Assembly: GCF_001194135.2 (NCBI RefSeq) | Contig: NC_068988.1 | Span: 67,259,882-67,323,881, forward strand | Direction: 5' to 3' | From: Octopus bimaculoides | Lineage: Eukaryota | DNA: 64,000 nt | Shown here: in pieces, positions 26,430 to 39,029 of the stretch | How the letters are laid out: each line of letters starts with the position of its first letter | Numbering within the stretch: the stretch's first letter is position 1 | Program-made: the position numbers and the translations under genes | Notes under the pieces: model-generated | The model's database searches: none | What the model saw: the letters and a program-made list of their open reading frames with translations, nothing else | Told to the model about the DNA's origin: nothing

Positions 26430-26676
26430 TCTTCTTCTTCTTCTTCTTCTTCTTCTTCTTTTCTATCTTTCTTTACTTCCTGCTGTCTACTGCCAATCAT
26501 GATATTTGGGGGAATGGGACCAGTCGATTAGATCGACTCCAGTACGCAACAGGTACTTAATTTATCGGCCTCAAAAGGATGACTGGCAATTCGACCTCAG
26601 TGGAGTTGGAACTCAAAACGATTTTGCCNNNNNNNNNNCACCGTCTTAGTAGTAGTAGTAGTAGTAGTAGTAGTAC

Positions 26677-26711
<35 letters not shown>

Positions 26712-26729
26712 ATAATAAAAATAAATATA

Positions 26730-26761
<32 letters not shown>

Positions 26762-26770
26762 AATAATAAT
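26430..26770. repeat. (CTT)n and compound (AGT)n-(AAT)-(GAT)n microsatellites flanking a SINE
   Basis: Direct reading. Confidence 0.9.
26490..26628 (-). mobile_element. Short SINE copy ending at a gap
   Basis: gtcgattagatcgactccagtacgcaacaggtacttaatttatcggcctcaaaaggatg...ggaactcaaaacg. Confidence 0.65.
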
Positions 26771-27276
26771 ATTTCTTGTAGTTGTTTATCTTTGTGCTGC
26801 GTTTTTCTTCTGTCATAGATGTTATCTGTGTAATTAGAACCCAACCAACACAATTCCAAAAAATTTAAAACAATTGGAATTAAGTTTCAAATTCAAGTAA
26901 ATCAAGAAGAAATTTTGACAATTCCCATGGATTTTCCCATGAGCTTGTGTCAATCCCAAAAGATATTGGGCTCTGCTTGAATTATTTTTCGTCCCAGAAC
27001 ATTAACTTGTTAGATTTCACTAATTGCTATATCTTATTGTTAAGCTTGCGTCTGATAAAGGAGCCTATATTTATAGATCTAGAATATGTAAACTGCTGCA
27101 ACTCACACATCCCGCCTCCCCCAAAAAGCAATTACGGGGTTATAAATCACAGAAGTATCACATGAGTTAAAGCGTGAAAGGATCATTCACGTTCGATTAC
27201 AAGCATACACGATTTTAATTGGAAATGATAATTGAGTTGTTATCATTCTGAGCATAATCTTAATTTTTAGCAATAG

Positions 27277-27432
27277 AGGCGCAGGCGTAGCTGTGTAGTA
27301 AGAAGCTTGCCTCACAACCACATGGTTCCGCGTTCATTCCCGCTTCCTGACACCTTGGTAAAGTGTTTTCTACTATAGCCTTGGGCTGACCAAAGCTTTG
27401 GATTTCGTTGATGGAAACGGAAAGAAGTCCGT

Positions 27433-27473
<41 letters not shown>

Positions 27474-27752
27474 CTGTCTGTCTGTCTCTCTATCTATTTA
27501 TCTACCTAGATATGTATATACACCTATGCGTGTATATCTTTGTGTCTGAGTTTTACCCCGACCACTGCTTGACAACCGGTGTCCGTGTGTTCATGTCTCC
27601 GTAAGCTAGCGGTTCGGCAAAAGAGACCGGTAAAATAAGTACCAGGCTTAACACAATTAAACCGATTGATTTCTTCGACTAAAACCTTTTAAGCCAGTGC
27701 CTCAGCATAGCTGCAGTCAAGTGACTGAAACAAGTAAAAGATAAAGAAAAGA
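27277..27752 (+). mobile_element. Long SINE, full length
   Basis: gcgcaggcgtagctgtgtagtaagaagcttgc...ggttcggcaaaagagaccg...gcagtcaagtgactgaaacaagtaaaaga. Confidence 0.85.
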
Positions 27753-28061
27753 TCAGCATAAAAGCTATCACTATTTTGCTCTCAGAATCAGTACAACTAT
27801 ATTGTAGAGTTTGCTTATTGATTTTAACAGAAGGAACCTTAATGCACATGCTAGCTATAATGTAGACAAAAAGAAAAAAAACGGTAGTTTACAGAACACT
27901 GTATTACTTGGCTTCGTAAGAATAAACATAGAAAAAAACATGAGGAATAGCCAGTGATGGTGATTCTACATGGTCCTTCTACATACAGCACCGAAATAAT
28001 TTTCATATCACACGCTCTAAACTTACAAAATGTTGGCACTTTGTATAACATGCTCCCGAAT

Positions 28062-28430
28062 AGGCGCTGGTGTGGATTTGTGGTAATAATTTTGCTTCCA
28101 ACCACATGGTTCCGGGTTCAGATTCACCACCTAGCACCTTCGCCAAGTGTCGTCTATTATAGCCACGAGCCGACCAAAGCCTTTTGATTGGATTTGGTAG
28201 ACAGAAACTGAAAGACGCTCAACATAGATATCTGTGTCTGTGTGTGTGTGTGTGTCTGTGTGTGTGTCCACCTCCACAACTTTATAACCGGTGTTGGTGC
28301 ATTTACATTCCCATAAAATAACGGTTCGTACTAGTCTTAAAAAAGATAAGCCCTGGGGTCGATTTGTTCGACTAAAGCCTTTCAAGACGGTGCGGCAGAA
28401 TGGCCACGGTCAAATGAAAAAGATAAACGA
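28062..28430 (+). mobile_element. Long SINE
   Basis: ccaaccacatggttccgggttcagattcacc...gccgaccaaagcc...ggggtcgatttgttcgactaaag. Confidence 0.8.
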
Positions 28431-29417
28431 AGACATTCTATGTTTGAAAATCGAGGTGGTTACAATCTGAATGTCTTTGAACATAAGCCAATTCGATCTT
28501 CGTTAAACTAAGGTTAAATAACATCAGTGTGAATAACAATACACACGAGTTTAACAATAACATTGAGTGGAAGGCAATTATATAGTTTTGATAATCCTCT
28601 AAATACACATGTCCGTTGCAGTTACGTTACTTAAATGAGATATTCTATTATAATACATAGATAGGTGGGTACATATTGCTCTCCCAAAATTAATTGCAGT
28701 TCGACTCTTCAATTAATTGTTGTTGTTAAACAAAGAATGCGAAAACGTTTATATTGAGACTGGGTTGGCGTTGTAATGTAATGTGTAATATATTGGCGGT
28801 AATAAGCTTTAAATTATCGAGATGAATAGTTAACAAGGTGGGTGTAGATAACAGTAAGATAAAATACTGGCTTCAATGATTACTATAAGTGCGGGTATCA
28901 ATAGAAATTTGTATATATTACAAGGAAGATATTATATCGAGCAGCATGCAATAATTACATACTTTCAAGGCGACAAGAGTTTCAAGAATTCTATATAATT
29001 GCCATCGACATTTAGACGGCAGATTCTTAGATAGAAATAGCATTGTTAACGAGGAAATATATATGGGAGGAGAAAGCTAGATATTCATAGAATATAAAAG
29101 GGCGAGTAAAAAGCAGGGAAAGGGGATATAAGAAGTGATATACATATAAACATGTGTGTATTTTTGTGTTCTATGTATGTATGTATGTATGTATAGAAAC
29201 ATACTCAGATAGACGGAAGGTGAGAGACACATTGGAGGAGAAAAACACGCTTAGAAATAGGGAAACTAAGTCAGGTATAGAGATACAGGAAAAGAATGAA
29301 TATATAAAACACACACACTGACAGAGAAAAGACACAAATCGCATGTAATTAAGCACAGCATTATACGCCTGTTGATAGTCTCAGCAAACTAACATTCAAT
29401 GCAAATATATGCAATAC

Positions 29418-29638
29418 AAAGGCGTTAAGCTGGCAGAAACGTTAGCACCCCGGGCGAAATGCTTAGCGGGATTTCGTCTGTCTTTACGTTCTGAGTTCAA
29501 ATTCCGCCGAGATCGACTTTGCCTTTCATCCTTTTGGGGTCGATAAATTAACTACCAGTTTCGTACTGAGGTTGATCGAATCGGCTGCCCCCCTCCCCCA
29601 AAATTTCGGCCCTTGTGCCTAGATTAGAAACGAATATA
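29418..29638 (+). mobile_element. Short (about 215 bp) tRNA-like SINE, best-preserved copy and the only plus-strand one seen
   Basis: A-box-like agctggcagaaacg, B-box gagttcaaattcc, then gtcgataaattaactaccag...ggcccttgtgcctagattagaaacg. Confidence 0.85.
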
Positions 29639-29669
29639 TGCAATGCATTACAATATCTATATATCTATA

Positions 29670-29710
<41 letters not shown>

Positions 29711-29720
29711 NNNNNNNNNN

Positions 29721-30284
29721 GAATTTCATGGAAAAAAGATTGTTCTCTCTATCTTGTGGCATTGCAAAGGAGTAATTCACGTTTAATTGTTACCACCTAA
29801 TGCAACAATCAATGCTGAAGTCTACTGTTAGCAATTAGAGCGTTTGAACCAAGTTTTGAAGAAAAAAATACTCGCTTTAGTGAACCGAAAAGGAGTGATG
29901 TTTCATCAGGACAATGCGTGACCTCACACTGCAAAGATCACATCACAGAAGATCAAAGAGCTTGGTTGCGAAAAAAAAATCTTCATCTGCCTTATTCTTC
30001 TGACCTTGCTCCTTCAGACTACCATTTGTTTTGTACTTTACAGAATCATTTGGGGGACATAACTTTCGCAAGCCAGGGGAAGGTCGAAACTGACATTGCA
30101 GAGTTCTTCGATTTGAAACCAAAAGAGTTTTATATTGATGGGATTAAAAAGCTTGTAAATAGATGGAAGGAAGTCATAAATAATCAGTGAAAGTACATTG
30201 ATGATTAAATTTCAATTAAATATAACATTTGATCACTTGTTTTTTTTAATTTAAAATTCGGACAGAACTTATGGGATGACCTGA
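29721..30284 (+). mobile_element. Mariner (DD34D-type) transposase 3' half with right TIR
   Basis: KKIVLSILWHCKGVIH, PPNATINAEVYC, RKGVMFHQDNA, HLPYSSDLAPSDYHLFCTLQNHL...GIKKLVNRWKEVINNQ. Ends cggacagaacttatgggatgacctga|TA. The left part is lost at the gap 29711-29720. Confidence 0.9.
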
Positions 30285-31252
30285 TACTTTCGGTTGTTGT
30301 AATATTATTAAATTTTAGCTGTTTCATATTGGGAAGAATAAAGTTATTTGTCACGCGTGCCATGATGCTGTCACTATAGAAGCTGTCTATTTTGCGCTTA
30401 GGTGTAATGTTGAGAGTAAATTGTCTTAGAAGTTATATCGTTTCTACTTAGATATTTTAACATATCTGTTTTAGGGAGGTAAAGTTTGTAGCCTATATTT
30501 CTATAAATATTTCTACTATTCGTTTTCAAGCTTGGTATTTTATAATATATTATTTTTTTTATATATGCATATATTCAAGTGTGAGACATTATACAGTTTG
30601 GATATAAATTTTGTTGGGTCTGCTTCGAGAAGAGATATATAGTGAAATAGAGTATATATAAATGTGTGTCTGTGAGTACATATGTCTACATACGTATGAT
30701 TATGTGTATATATTTTCGTGTGTACGTTATACAACTAAGTGTTAGAACACGATAAAACACTATGTCTATTGTTCGAATCTTTTTATGTCTTACACCTCTA
30801 TGGAAAATTTCAGCGTCTATAAATATGCACACGTCTATTTAGAAATACATGTTTATTTTCTTTTCAATTAAAACAAACTTATCTAACGGGAAGACATTTT
30901 TCAATATGCAAATAAATAATACTTAAAAATATCATTTACAGTGCTTACGTTATATAAATAGAAAATCGTTGATTTCTAGTCACAGGATGTTCGTAAACTG
31001 TCGAAAGCACAATAACGTATTTACATGAAGTTCTTAGAGAAATTTTCCAATAACCAATATGATTTAATATATAAATTTTCAATGCAAGCGAATACAGAAA
31101 CTGCGCAATTGGTAGTAGTCGCTAGTCTTAAGACACCTGTGTAAATAAAGATAAGAAATTTAATACTTAGACTATTATTCTTGTATCTGATAGGAAATTT
31201 TGGTTTATAAATCTATTATAATTCTCTAACAGCCTTAGATTTTTTTCTTGAA

Positions 31253-31253
<1 letters not shown>

Positions 31254-31287
<34 letters not shown>

Positions 31288-31357
31288 ATTGTAGCTTATA
31301 TATATATACACACAAGTATATATGTACATATACATTTATGCATGTTTTTGTGTACTG

Positions 31358-31431
<74 letters not shown>

Positions 31432-31450
31432 CATGTGTGTGAGTGTGTGT
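31254..31450. repeat. (AT)n-rich compound microsatellite
   Basis: Direct reading. Confidence 0.9.
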
Positions 31451-33399
31451 GCCTTTGTGTGTATTGTGTACCACTATCTTTTAGTGACTGAAAGCAACTC
31501 ATTGATATTATTTTCAATTTACTTTCAATTATTAACTCAGTAAATTTAAATAACATATCTGCTTCTTCAACAACTACTAGCCGTTAATTCTTTGCTTCCT
31601 TATCGTGCAGTGAGATAATTTTGTTTGATATCCATGGTTTGCTGTCGATACTTCATTTATTTCTCCTCTATCTCTTCGGTTTCCCCATTGTGTATATATC
31701 ACAATAATATAGAACCCAACGTTCAAACATTACCTTAACTATTGCGTTAATCTTATATTTTTTTCCAAGAAATTCGATTACATCTGTCTGTAAGCCGTTT
31801 GCGTCAGTAAACAATCTACTACTGTGCAGTAGTATTAAGGTGAAACCAACCACTAAACTTGTTTCTTTTTCACAAGATCTTATGTTCGTGTTTTACGGTG
31901 TTGTATTTGTTGCAATTAGCATATATATAGAATTACACTTCATGATTTTTTAAATTTATTCTAGAACTGGTGTGGCTGTAAGCTGCACACTTGTAAACGT
32001 GCTTTTAAATTGCGATATCTATTTTAAACCAGAAAATACCGCCCAAACCAGTTTATGGATGATACATTCTCATTTAATCTAAACAAATATACAAATTTTG
32101 TTTCATGTTATATCCGAATTACAAAGAGCGTACCCAAAGTTTGCATGCTGTAGTATCTGAATATTTAATTTCCTATAAACACCTTTTAGTGTGTAACTGA
32201 ATTTGGCCATTATTTGTTGTGTCCATGTAAAATAATATTTGTGGATAGGTGACTGGATAGAAAATTGTGTTGCAATAAGAACTGAATGTTCAATTGTTGA
32301 AGCATTTCTCACATTATCTAAACAGAACATTATATCATACCTGTTGGTAAAATGGTAGGACTTCATTGTTGTTATCAAAAACATCTCAAAGCAAGAAACA
32401 GAAATTCACCATTCCTTAGTTTATTTTTATCATTGTATATTTTCCAGACACATACGAATGTCTAAACGAAACACTACGTTCTCTTAACAGGTGTTATTGT
32501 TTAAAATACAGTCAAAGCACTTGCTTATACCATGTGACAATTATGAGTTCGATCCCAGTAAAGAGCAAACACTGAGGAGTCAGAAAACTTTGGTCCTTCA
32601 GAAAAAGTTAAGATAGTGACCTTACATATGCCTTGTATTCATTGCAGTAAACAAGAATACACGACATCAACTTAGCTTACAGTAATGCAGAACACACTAG
32701 AAAAAAATAAATGATTACATTAGATACGCACTGGCAAACTACTGGTCCAAAACGAAGACATACATTGTCTCCATTTCAGCAATGCTCACCAGGTGAGACA
32801 TTGATTGATATATGGAATGAAGAGTTTTCTCAACTGAGTGCAAATTAAAAGTAATTCAATAGCAATTTCGATAATTTATTGTAAATGGCATATTAATAAA
32901 TTCCTCTGAAGATTCTGAGGCAAGCTGCGTGATATACATTACCGTTTAAAGGAATCTTGTCTTTCAGAATTGCTGAAGGACACAACACATTTCTCACGAT
33001 TGTTAATCGAGAAAAACAAAAATAAAATAAAAAATTGCAAAGAGCTTTTCATTATAACTTGTATATCATGTTTTAAGAAGGTCATCAATTTTTTACCAAC
33101 ATATATGCAGTTTTCCGGAAACGGTCATGAGCTCAGTACAGGGATAACGCTCTATTCTCTCCTAACTACAAGTGTTGAAAAGTAGAATCAAAAGATATAT
33201 GAAGAATCTAATTATTTCAAGAACAACGGATTATCTATTTAATTGGGAACTATAGACTAGTGATTTTTTTGTTTTGTCTTTATGTTTGAACACGGGCCAG
33301 TACTAACCCTCTAAGAAATATAAAATACCTTAATAACGACTCCAACCACCCTCAAACTATTTAAATCAATTATTATGAGTACTTCACATAGAATATACA

Positions 33400-33900
33400 A
33401 GCTCTCACCGAATGAGATTTCGCAATATATCAGCTAAATCAAGATAAAAGTTGAAGATTGCATATATCAGTAAGACTCTGAGAGCCCCCCCCCTATATTT
33501 GAGGGGGAAATTGCATACTCCATCAGTTTTGAACCCGCTATATATCGTAGGTTGTGAAAATGAAACATCAGTGGCAAAATCAACTAGAGCAACGTGGTTA
33601 TAATAGCAACAATAAGATTTGAAACCAAAAGGAAATATAAAAACAGAATTCTTACTGATGAGATAAATGTGCCGAGAAGACATACTTTCACTGTTACACT
33701 GGGAGAACAGGTGGATATTAGGGACAGGGGAAAACCTAAGTACGGGTTTGATTTTGAGCAGTCCAACGTAACCCACAGGAACGAAGCAGCAAGTGATACT
33801 GTGCACAATGTGGTTGCAGTGGAGGTAGTGGTACGCAGAGTATCTGACTACGTAAACGGAAAATACTTCGGAATAAATGACATTTCGGACTACATGTAAC
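33400..33900 (-). mobile_element. Decayed APE-endonuclease remnant of an I/Jockey-like LINE
   Basis: TLRTTTSTAT..., PSVTVKVCL...ISSVRIL and VALVDFAT (LLGDFN-like) occur in order across frames. Confidence 0.4.
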
Positions 33901-35093
33901 TTTCAAATTGCTTCCATTTTCTTCTGAACTCTAGATAATAAGCACCTTCCTCCACTAGTAAGATTTATAATATTTCCTAAGCAATAACCCAGAATGTGGT
34001 ATACAACATAGCTTTAATAACAAAATACGAACATTAACAACTACTAAAACGCCAAGCGTATAATTTTATAATATTCGCAACCCGAACTACACTTAACCAC
34101 ATAATACTAGGGTCCGTAATAACAAAGTAAAAACTACAAAAAGAAAAAAGAAACGATTTCATCCACAACCGCACAAATAGTTGGTATGACCTTGCATCCT
34201 GCAAGAAATAACCACCTCTGTAACTATTGCACTCATGATGGCTGCCCTCTCAACAGTTGTTCGCTGAAATGTAGAAAGCATTCAGTCTAAAAATTAGATA
34301 GTGACGATCAAATGAATGGTTTATTTTTCACAAAGCAAAATTGAAAGCCAACCTATTATATCTCACTGCAAGAAGTACAAGAAGATGAATTATAAGTTAT
34401 GAAATCCTGTTACCTTATAACTATAAGAGAACACTTTATCTATGACAGTACGTGCTATACTTTTTTTTTTAACTATGACCGTGAAAAATGCTTTCTTCTA
34501 ATGCACCGAATCCCAATTAGCGCCGGTATGCAGCTGAATATTTTCAGATATTTCTTCTCCTTCACACTTTCATTTCTTCTCATTGAATAAGCTATGTCTG
34601 CTTTAGGATAAAAAAGCATCAAGATTCAATATAGAACGCCATCATTTAATTTACGAACTCCGGTATTTATAAGAAAATTTTTATTTCTTACTTGTAATAT
34701 TCACAAAAGTTACACGTTTTTTTTTCTCCATAACATTTACAAATTTTTTATTAAATTTATCAAAAGGTATCACCAATAAGTTCATCAAAGTTACACTTTA
34801 AAACATATTTCTTTATGGTTCCTGTAATGATTATTTGTATTCAGCTGTTTGGCTATTTATGAAGTGAAACTTATCTATACAATTATTGATCCGATGGACT
34901 TCTATTCAGTTTTTATTAACCCAATTCCCCTCAGAAAAAATAAGTCAAATATTGCTATAGAAATTTAAATTCGCCAGCAGGCCCTTAAGATGGACCGAAC
35001 CCATGACATATGGTTGCTAAGGAAACTACTAATATATATATATTCGAGATGGAACCATGGAGGATGCTGCGTAAAGCTCGTCTAAAGTTTTCA

Positions 35094-35493
35094 GCGCAGG
35101 AGTGGCTGTGTAGTAAATAGCTTGCTTACCTACCACATGGTTCCGGGTTCATTCCCATTACGTGGCACCTTGGGCAAGTGTCTTCTACTATGGCCTCGGG
35201 CCGACCAAAGCCTTATGAATGGATTTGATAGACGGAAACTGAAAGAAGCCTGTCGTATATATGTATATATATATATATATATATGTATGTACGTGTGTGC
35301 ATATGTTTGTGTGTCTGTGTTTGTCCCCCCAACATCGCTTGACGACCGATACTGGTGTGTTTACGTCCCCGTAACTTAGCGTTTCGGCAAAAGAGACCGA
35401 TATAATAAGTACTGGGGTCGATTTGCTCGACTAAAGGCGGTGCTCCAGCATGGCAGCAGTCAAATGACTGAAACAAGTAAAAGAGTAAAAGAG
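35094..35493 (+). mobile_element. Long SINE, full length and young-looking
   Basis: gcgcaggagtggctgtgtagtaaatagcttgc...ggcggtgctccagcatggcagcagtcaaatgactgaaacaagtaaaagagtaaaagag. Confidence 0.9.
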
Positions 35494-38254
35494 CTACTTG
35501 ATGTCACCAACTTTAAGGATGTATATAGTATTTGATTTAGCTCAGAAATACTATGGTGTCTGTATATTCTACCTAAATAAAATACAGAGATAAAATGGAA
35601 TTCTTGACAGTCTTTATTCAATTCCCTACAAAATACGTAGTATAAATGTAATGCCTTGGAGAGTGACCCTTCCAAAATTTATAAAAACAAATATGGATCG
35701 GATATGAAGTATCTAATATTTTAGTGCATAATCCAATCTTCGGATCACAAATATCATCTAAGATTGTTAGGGAATTCTTCACTGCATTAGATAATCTTTT
35801 TTTTCCAAAATCTAATATACAACTTACATTGGCCCAGCCCATGTGTAACGTAATAGCACCGTCTCGGGATGATGCAATTAAGTATTTTATCTGTCACACA
35901 CCGAAATATCGGATGCTATTTTTAATAACCTATAATACTTTATCTACGAACATTATAAAAAGAAATTAAATCAGGAATGTGTGAGAGTATACTCAGGAAT
36001 GATATATCTGGTAAGAACTGTAATAATCCTTTTCTACCAAATGCACAGGGTCTGAAATGTGATGGGGAATAGTCGATTACATCGACGCCTGTGTATAACT
36101 TGTATTTATTTAATCGAGCCCGATACATATTATATTATATTATATGTATTTATTTTCTCCTCATTAATAAATATCTCGGACAAAATAAATTGGTTAATAG
36201 ATACCAGGGTAGCAAAGATCACAAAATAACTGTGGTGTAACTCCTGTTTATAAGGTAGAAACTCCTTGATATTTTGGGTACTTGAGTATATATAAATTTA
36301 ATGAATGGATTATGCATGTGTTAACTGCATGTGTTAACTGCATAATATATGCATAACATAACATGCAGTTAACATATGCGTTTTACTCCATTCATTAAAT
36401 TTATATATANNNNNNNNNNNNNNNNNNNNNNNNNNNNNNNNNNNNNNNNNNNNNNNNNNNNNNNNNNNNNNNNNNNNNNNNNNNNNNNNNNNNNNNNNNN
36501 NNNNNNNNNNNNNNNNNNNNNNNNNNNNNNNNNNNNNNNNNNNNNNNNNNNNNNNNNNNNTATATATATATATATATTTATAATCCTGTCACGGGTTCGA
36601 TCCGTCTGCATGGTTCTTTGCAAATTTAATTTTCTACACTCATAGTTAATTTATAATTTCTGGAAGGAGCTGGGTAAACGAAAATTGAATAGACGTCGGT
36701 CGAAAGTATTGCATCTCTAACTCAAACGTAGCACCATACCACACATGTAATTCTTATTCTTCTTAGAATTACTTTAAGGGTACATATGATTTGGAATACT
36801 CAGCTATTTCATTGAGCAGGTAATTCTGTTGATGAAACAACTGAATCTTCATTTTCAAATCTAACGCATGGATGGGTATATGTTTAAGTATGTGTGTATG
36901 TACATGTGTGTTTCTGTGTCCGTGTGTGAGTTTATACGTTCATTTACAAAAATTTCCGTGTTTCAGGAAAAAGCTAACTTAAAAGTCGAACGACTAGATG
37001 CATAGATATTCTTACTGATGAGTTTCAATTTTGGCATCATCGTATAATACTAAGGTTAGCGATATATATACACTACAGGGTAAATCTTGTTAGTAATCAT
37101 TGCCATAATGCATTAGGGCATAATCAGTACTATTGAATACCTCATTATTATGTTATATATCTAGATATTGTTGGCAGAGTTTGAAATAGTCCGACAATCG
37201 CCAAGACATGCCTCTAGGGAAAGTTTAACTCAGAATAGCAAGAGCTAAAATAACCAGCAGAAATTTTATATTTCCGTTCAAAGCATTTGTGATTGGAAAT
37301 ACATTAAAGACTCCTCAAAAATGAGTTAAAATGCAAATTTTGTCAGAAGACACATGTGTTTTCAGCTTTATGTTCTTATAATTGGAGCCACTGTACAGGT
37401 AAAGGTAATTAGTAAATCGTGATTTATTTGAAGGTGTCTGTATTGAATACAATGAAATGTCGGCCATAAGCTTAGAAATATCAACAACTGAGGTAGTGGC
37501 TGGACACGAGATATACACAAAAACACATCCTGTCTTGGGTGTGATTAGGAGAACAGTAAGGCAATTGATTATATTGGTCAAAGCACGGAGTCAGATGATA
37601 TAAATATCGATTATATGATTGTATGATTGTTCAGTATTTGACCTTCTGCACATATGTGTACAATCTGTGGTGGATAGGATCACGTAGTTATGTATTACCC
37701 GAAGGAAAACATTAGTCTTCAGACGAGAAGATGTGAAGAAAGGACATTCTGTGTGTATATTTCTGTCTTTCCGTGCATATGAGTACCTATCTGCTTGTGT
37801 GTCTGTGTGTCTGTATGGGAGTGTACTTTGCGTGTATGATTTACAGTAATCATCGCATTCATCCCTCATTCCTCATTCCCCACGAAAATAAATAATTAAA
37901 TGGAATAATAAATAACCCAATAAAAGAACAAATCATATCAAAATATCCAACCGGATTTGAATGATTAGAAACAGGAATACAATTCGATAATTAATTATCG
38001 AATAAATCTGATGGAATTTAACCACGATAATCATTATAAACCAAACGACTTACGTTCTAATTGTCATTTTAGAATTGTCAGAACGGAGCAGTTGTCTAAA
38101 CAACGATACCATAACGTGATTAACACTTCAATAACAGAAAGCAAATGAAAAATCGGAATAATTTAGGCGAAGATTATTGTCAAATTTTGTGAAGTATTAT
38201 AATTCTTGTTATGATGATGTGAATGAAGTTGAAAATAATTGTAATAATCCTTTC

Positions 38255-38450
38255 TACTATTGGCACAATGCCTGGAATTTTGGGGGAGGTGTTTAAGTTA
38301 ATAACATCGATCCCAGTACTCAACTTGTACTTAACATATCGACACCGAAAGCATGAAAGGCGAAGTCAACCTCTGCAGAATTTGAACTCAGAACAGAAAA
38401 ACGGATGAAATGCCGCTAAGCATTTTTGCCCAGCGTACTAATGATTCTGC
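38255..38450 (-). mobile_element. Short SINE copy
   Basis: catcgatcccagtactcaacttgtactt...gaatttgaactcagaac...gaaatgccgctaagcatttttgcccagcgtactaatgattctgc. Confidence 0.8.
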
Positions 38451-38469
38451 AAGTCATTTTCGTATGTTT

Positions 38470-38600
38470 GTTATTCAATTTGACAATTGTTTTCCACCTG
38501 GAGATCCAGACTAACCCAAACTCCGAGCAATTTAACAGATCCCTCCATCCATCTTTTGGTGACGTTATTAAACCGTATGTATGGACCAAATTTGATTGCT
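38470..38600 (-). mobile_element. Short Tx1/L1 fragment paralogous to 39860-39960
   Basis: caattgttttccacctggagatccagactaacccaaactccgagcaatttaacagatccctccat aligns with aattgtttttcacctggagatccaggctaacccaaaccacgagaaatttaaccgatccctccat at about 39860. Confidence 0.7.
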
Positions 38601-39029
38601 CGACGTGTTAAATTAGTTGCTCCGAAAGGAATTTGAATGCTCGAAAAGACGCTTCCTTGCATTCCGACTAATTTGAATGCTCTCGACGGGAATTTTAATT
38701 TGAATAATGTAAATGCTAAATTCTTTGGCCAATGTGCAAAATTGAATGATCGAAGAACGAATTTGAATGATTAACTTCATGCCGCTAATTTTTCTCCCGA
38801 CTTTGAATGATCAGATTATAAAATTGAATGACAAACGTACGGAAATGACTGGAGAAACCTGTAATGACGGTTTCAAATTTTTCCACAAGCGCAACAGCTT
38901 CGGGTGAAAGAGTAATTCAATTCTATCTATATCTGTGCTAAACCGGTTCTTCTATCCACCCTGAAAAAATGAAAAGCAGAGTTTGAACTCAAAACATAAA
39001 GACAGACTAAATGCCGCTAATCTGGTCCT

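Noticed and set aside
30360-30372. HDAV codons resembling the NPR FHDAV motif
   Set aside because: Wrong strand, with no flanking similarity or splice sites.
35823-35935. Putative exon with a strong GTAAGT donor on the minus strand
   Set aside because: Each nearby AG acceptor gives an in-frame stop in the phase required by the 54979 donor, and there is no receptor-GC similarity.
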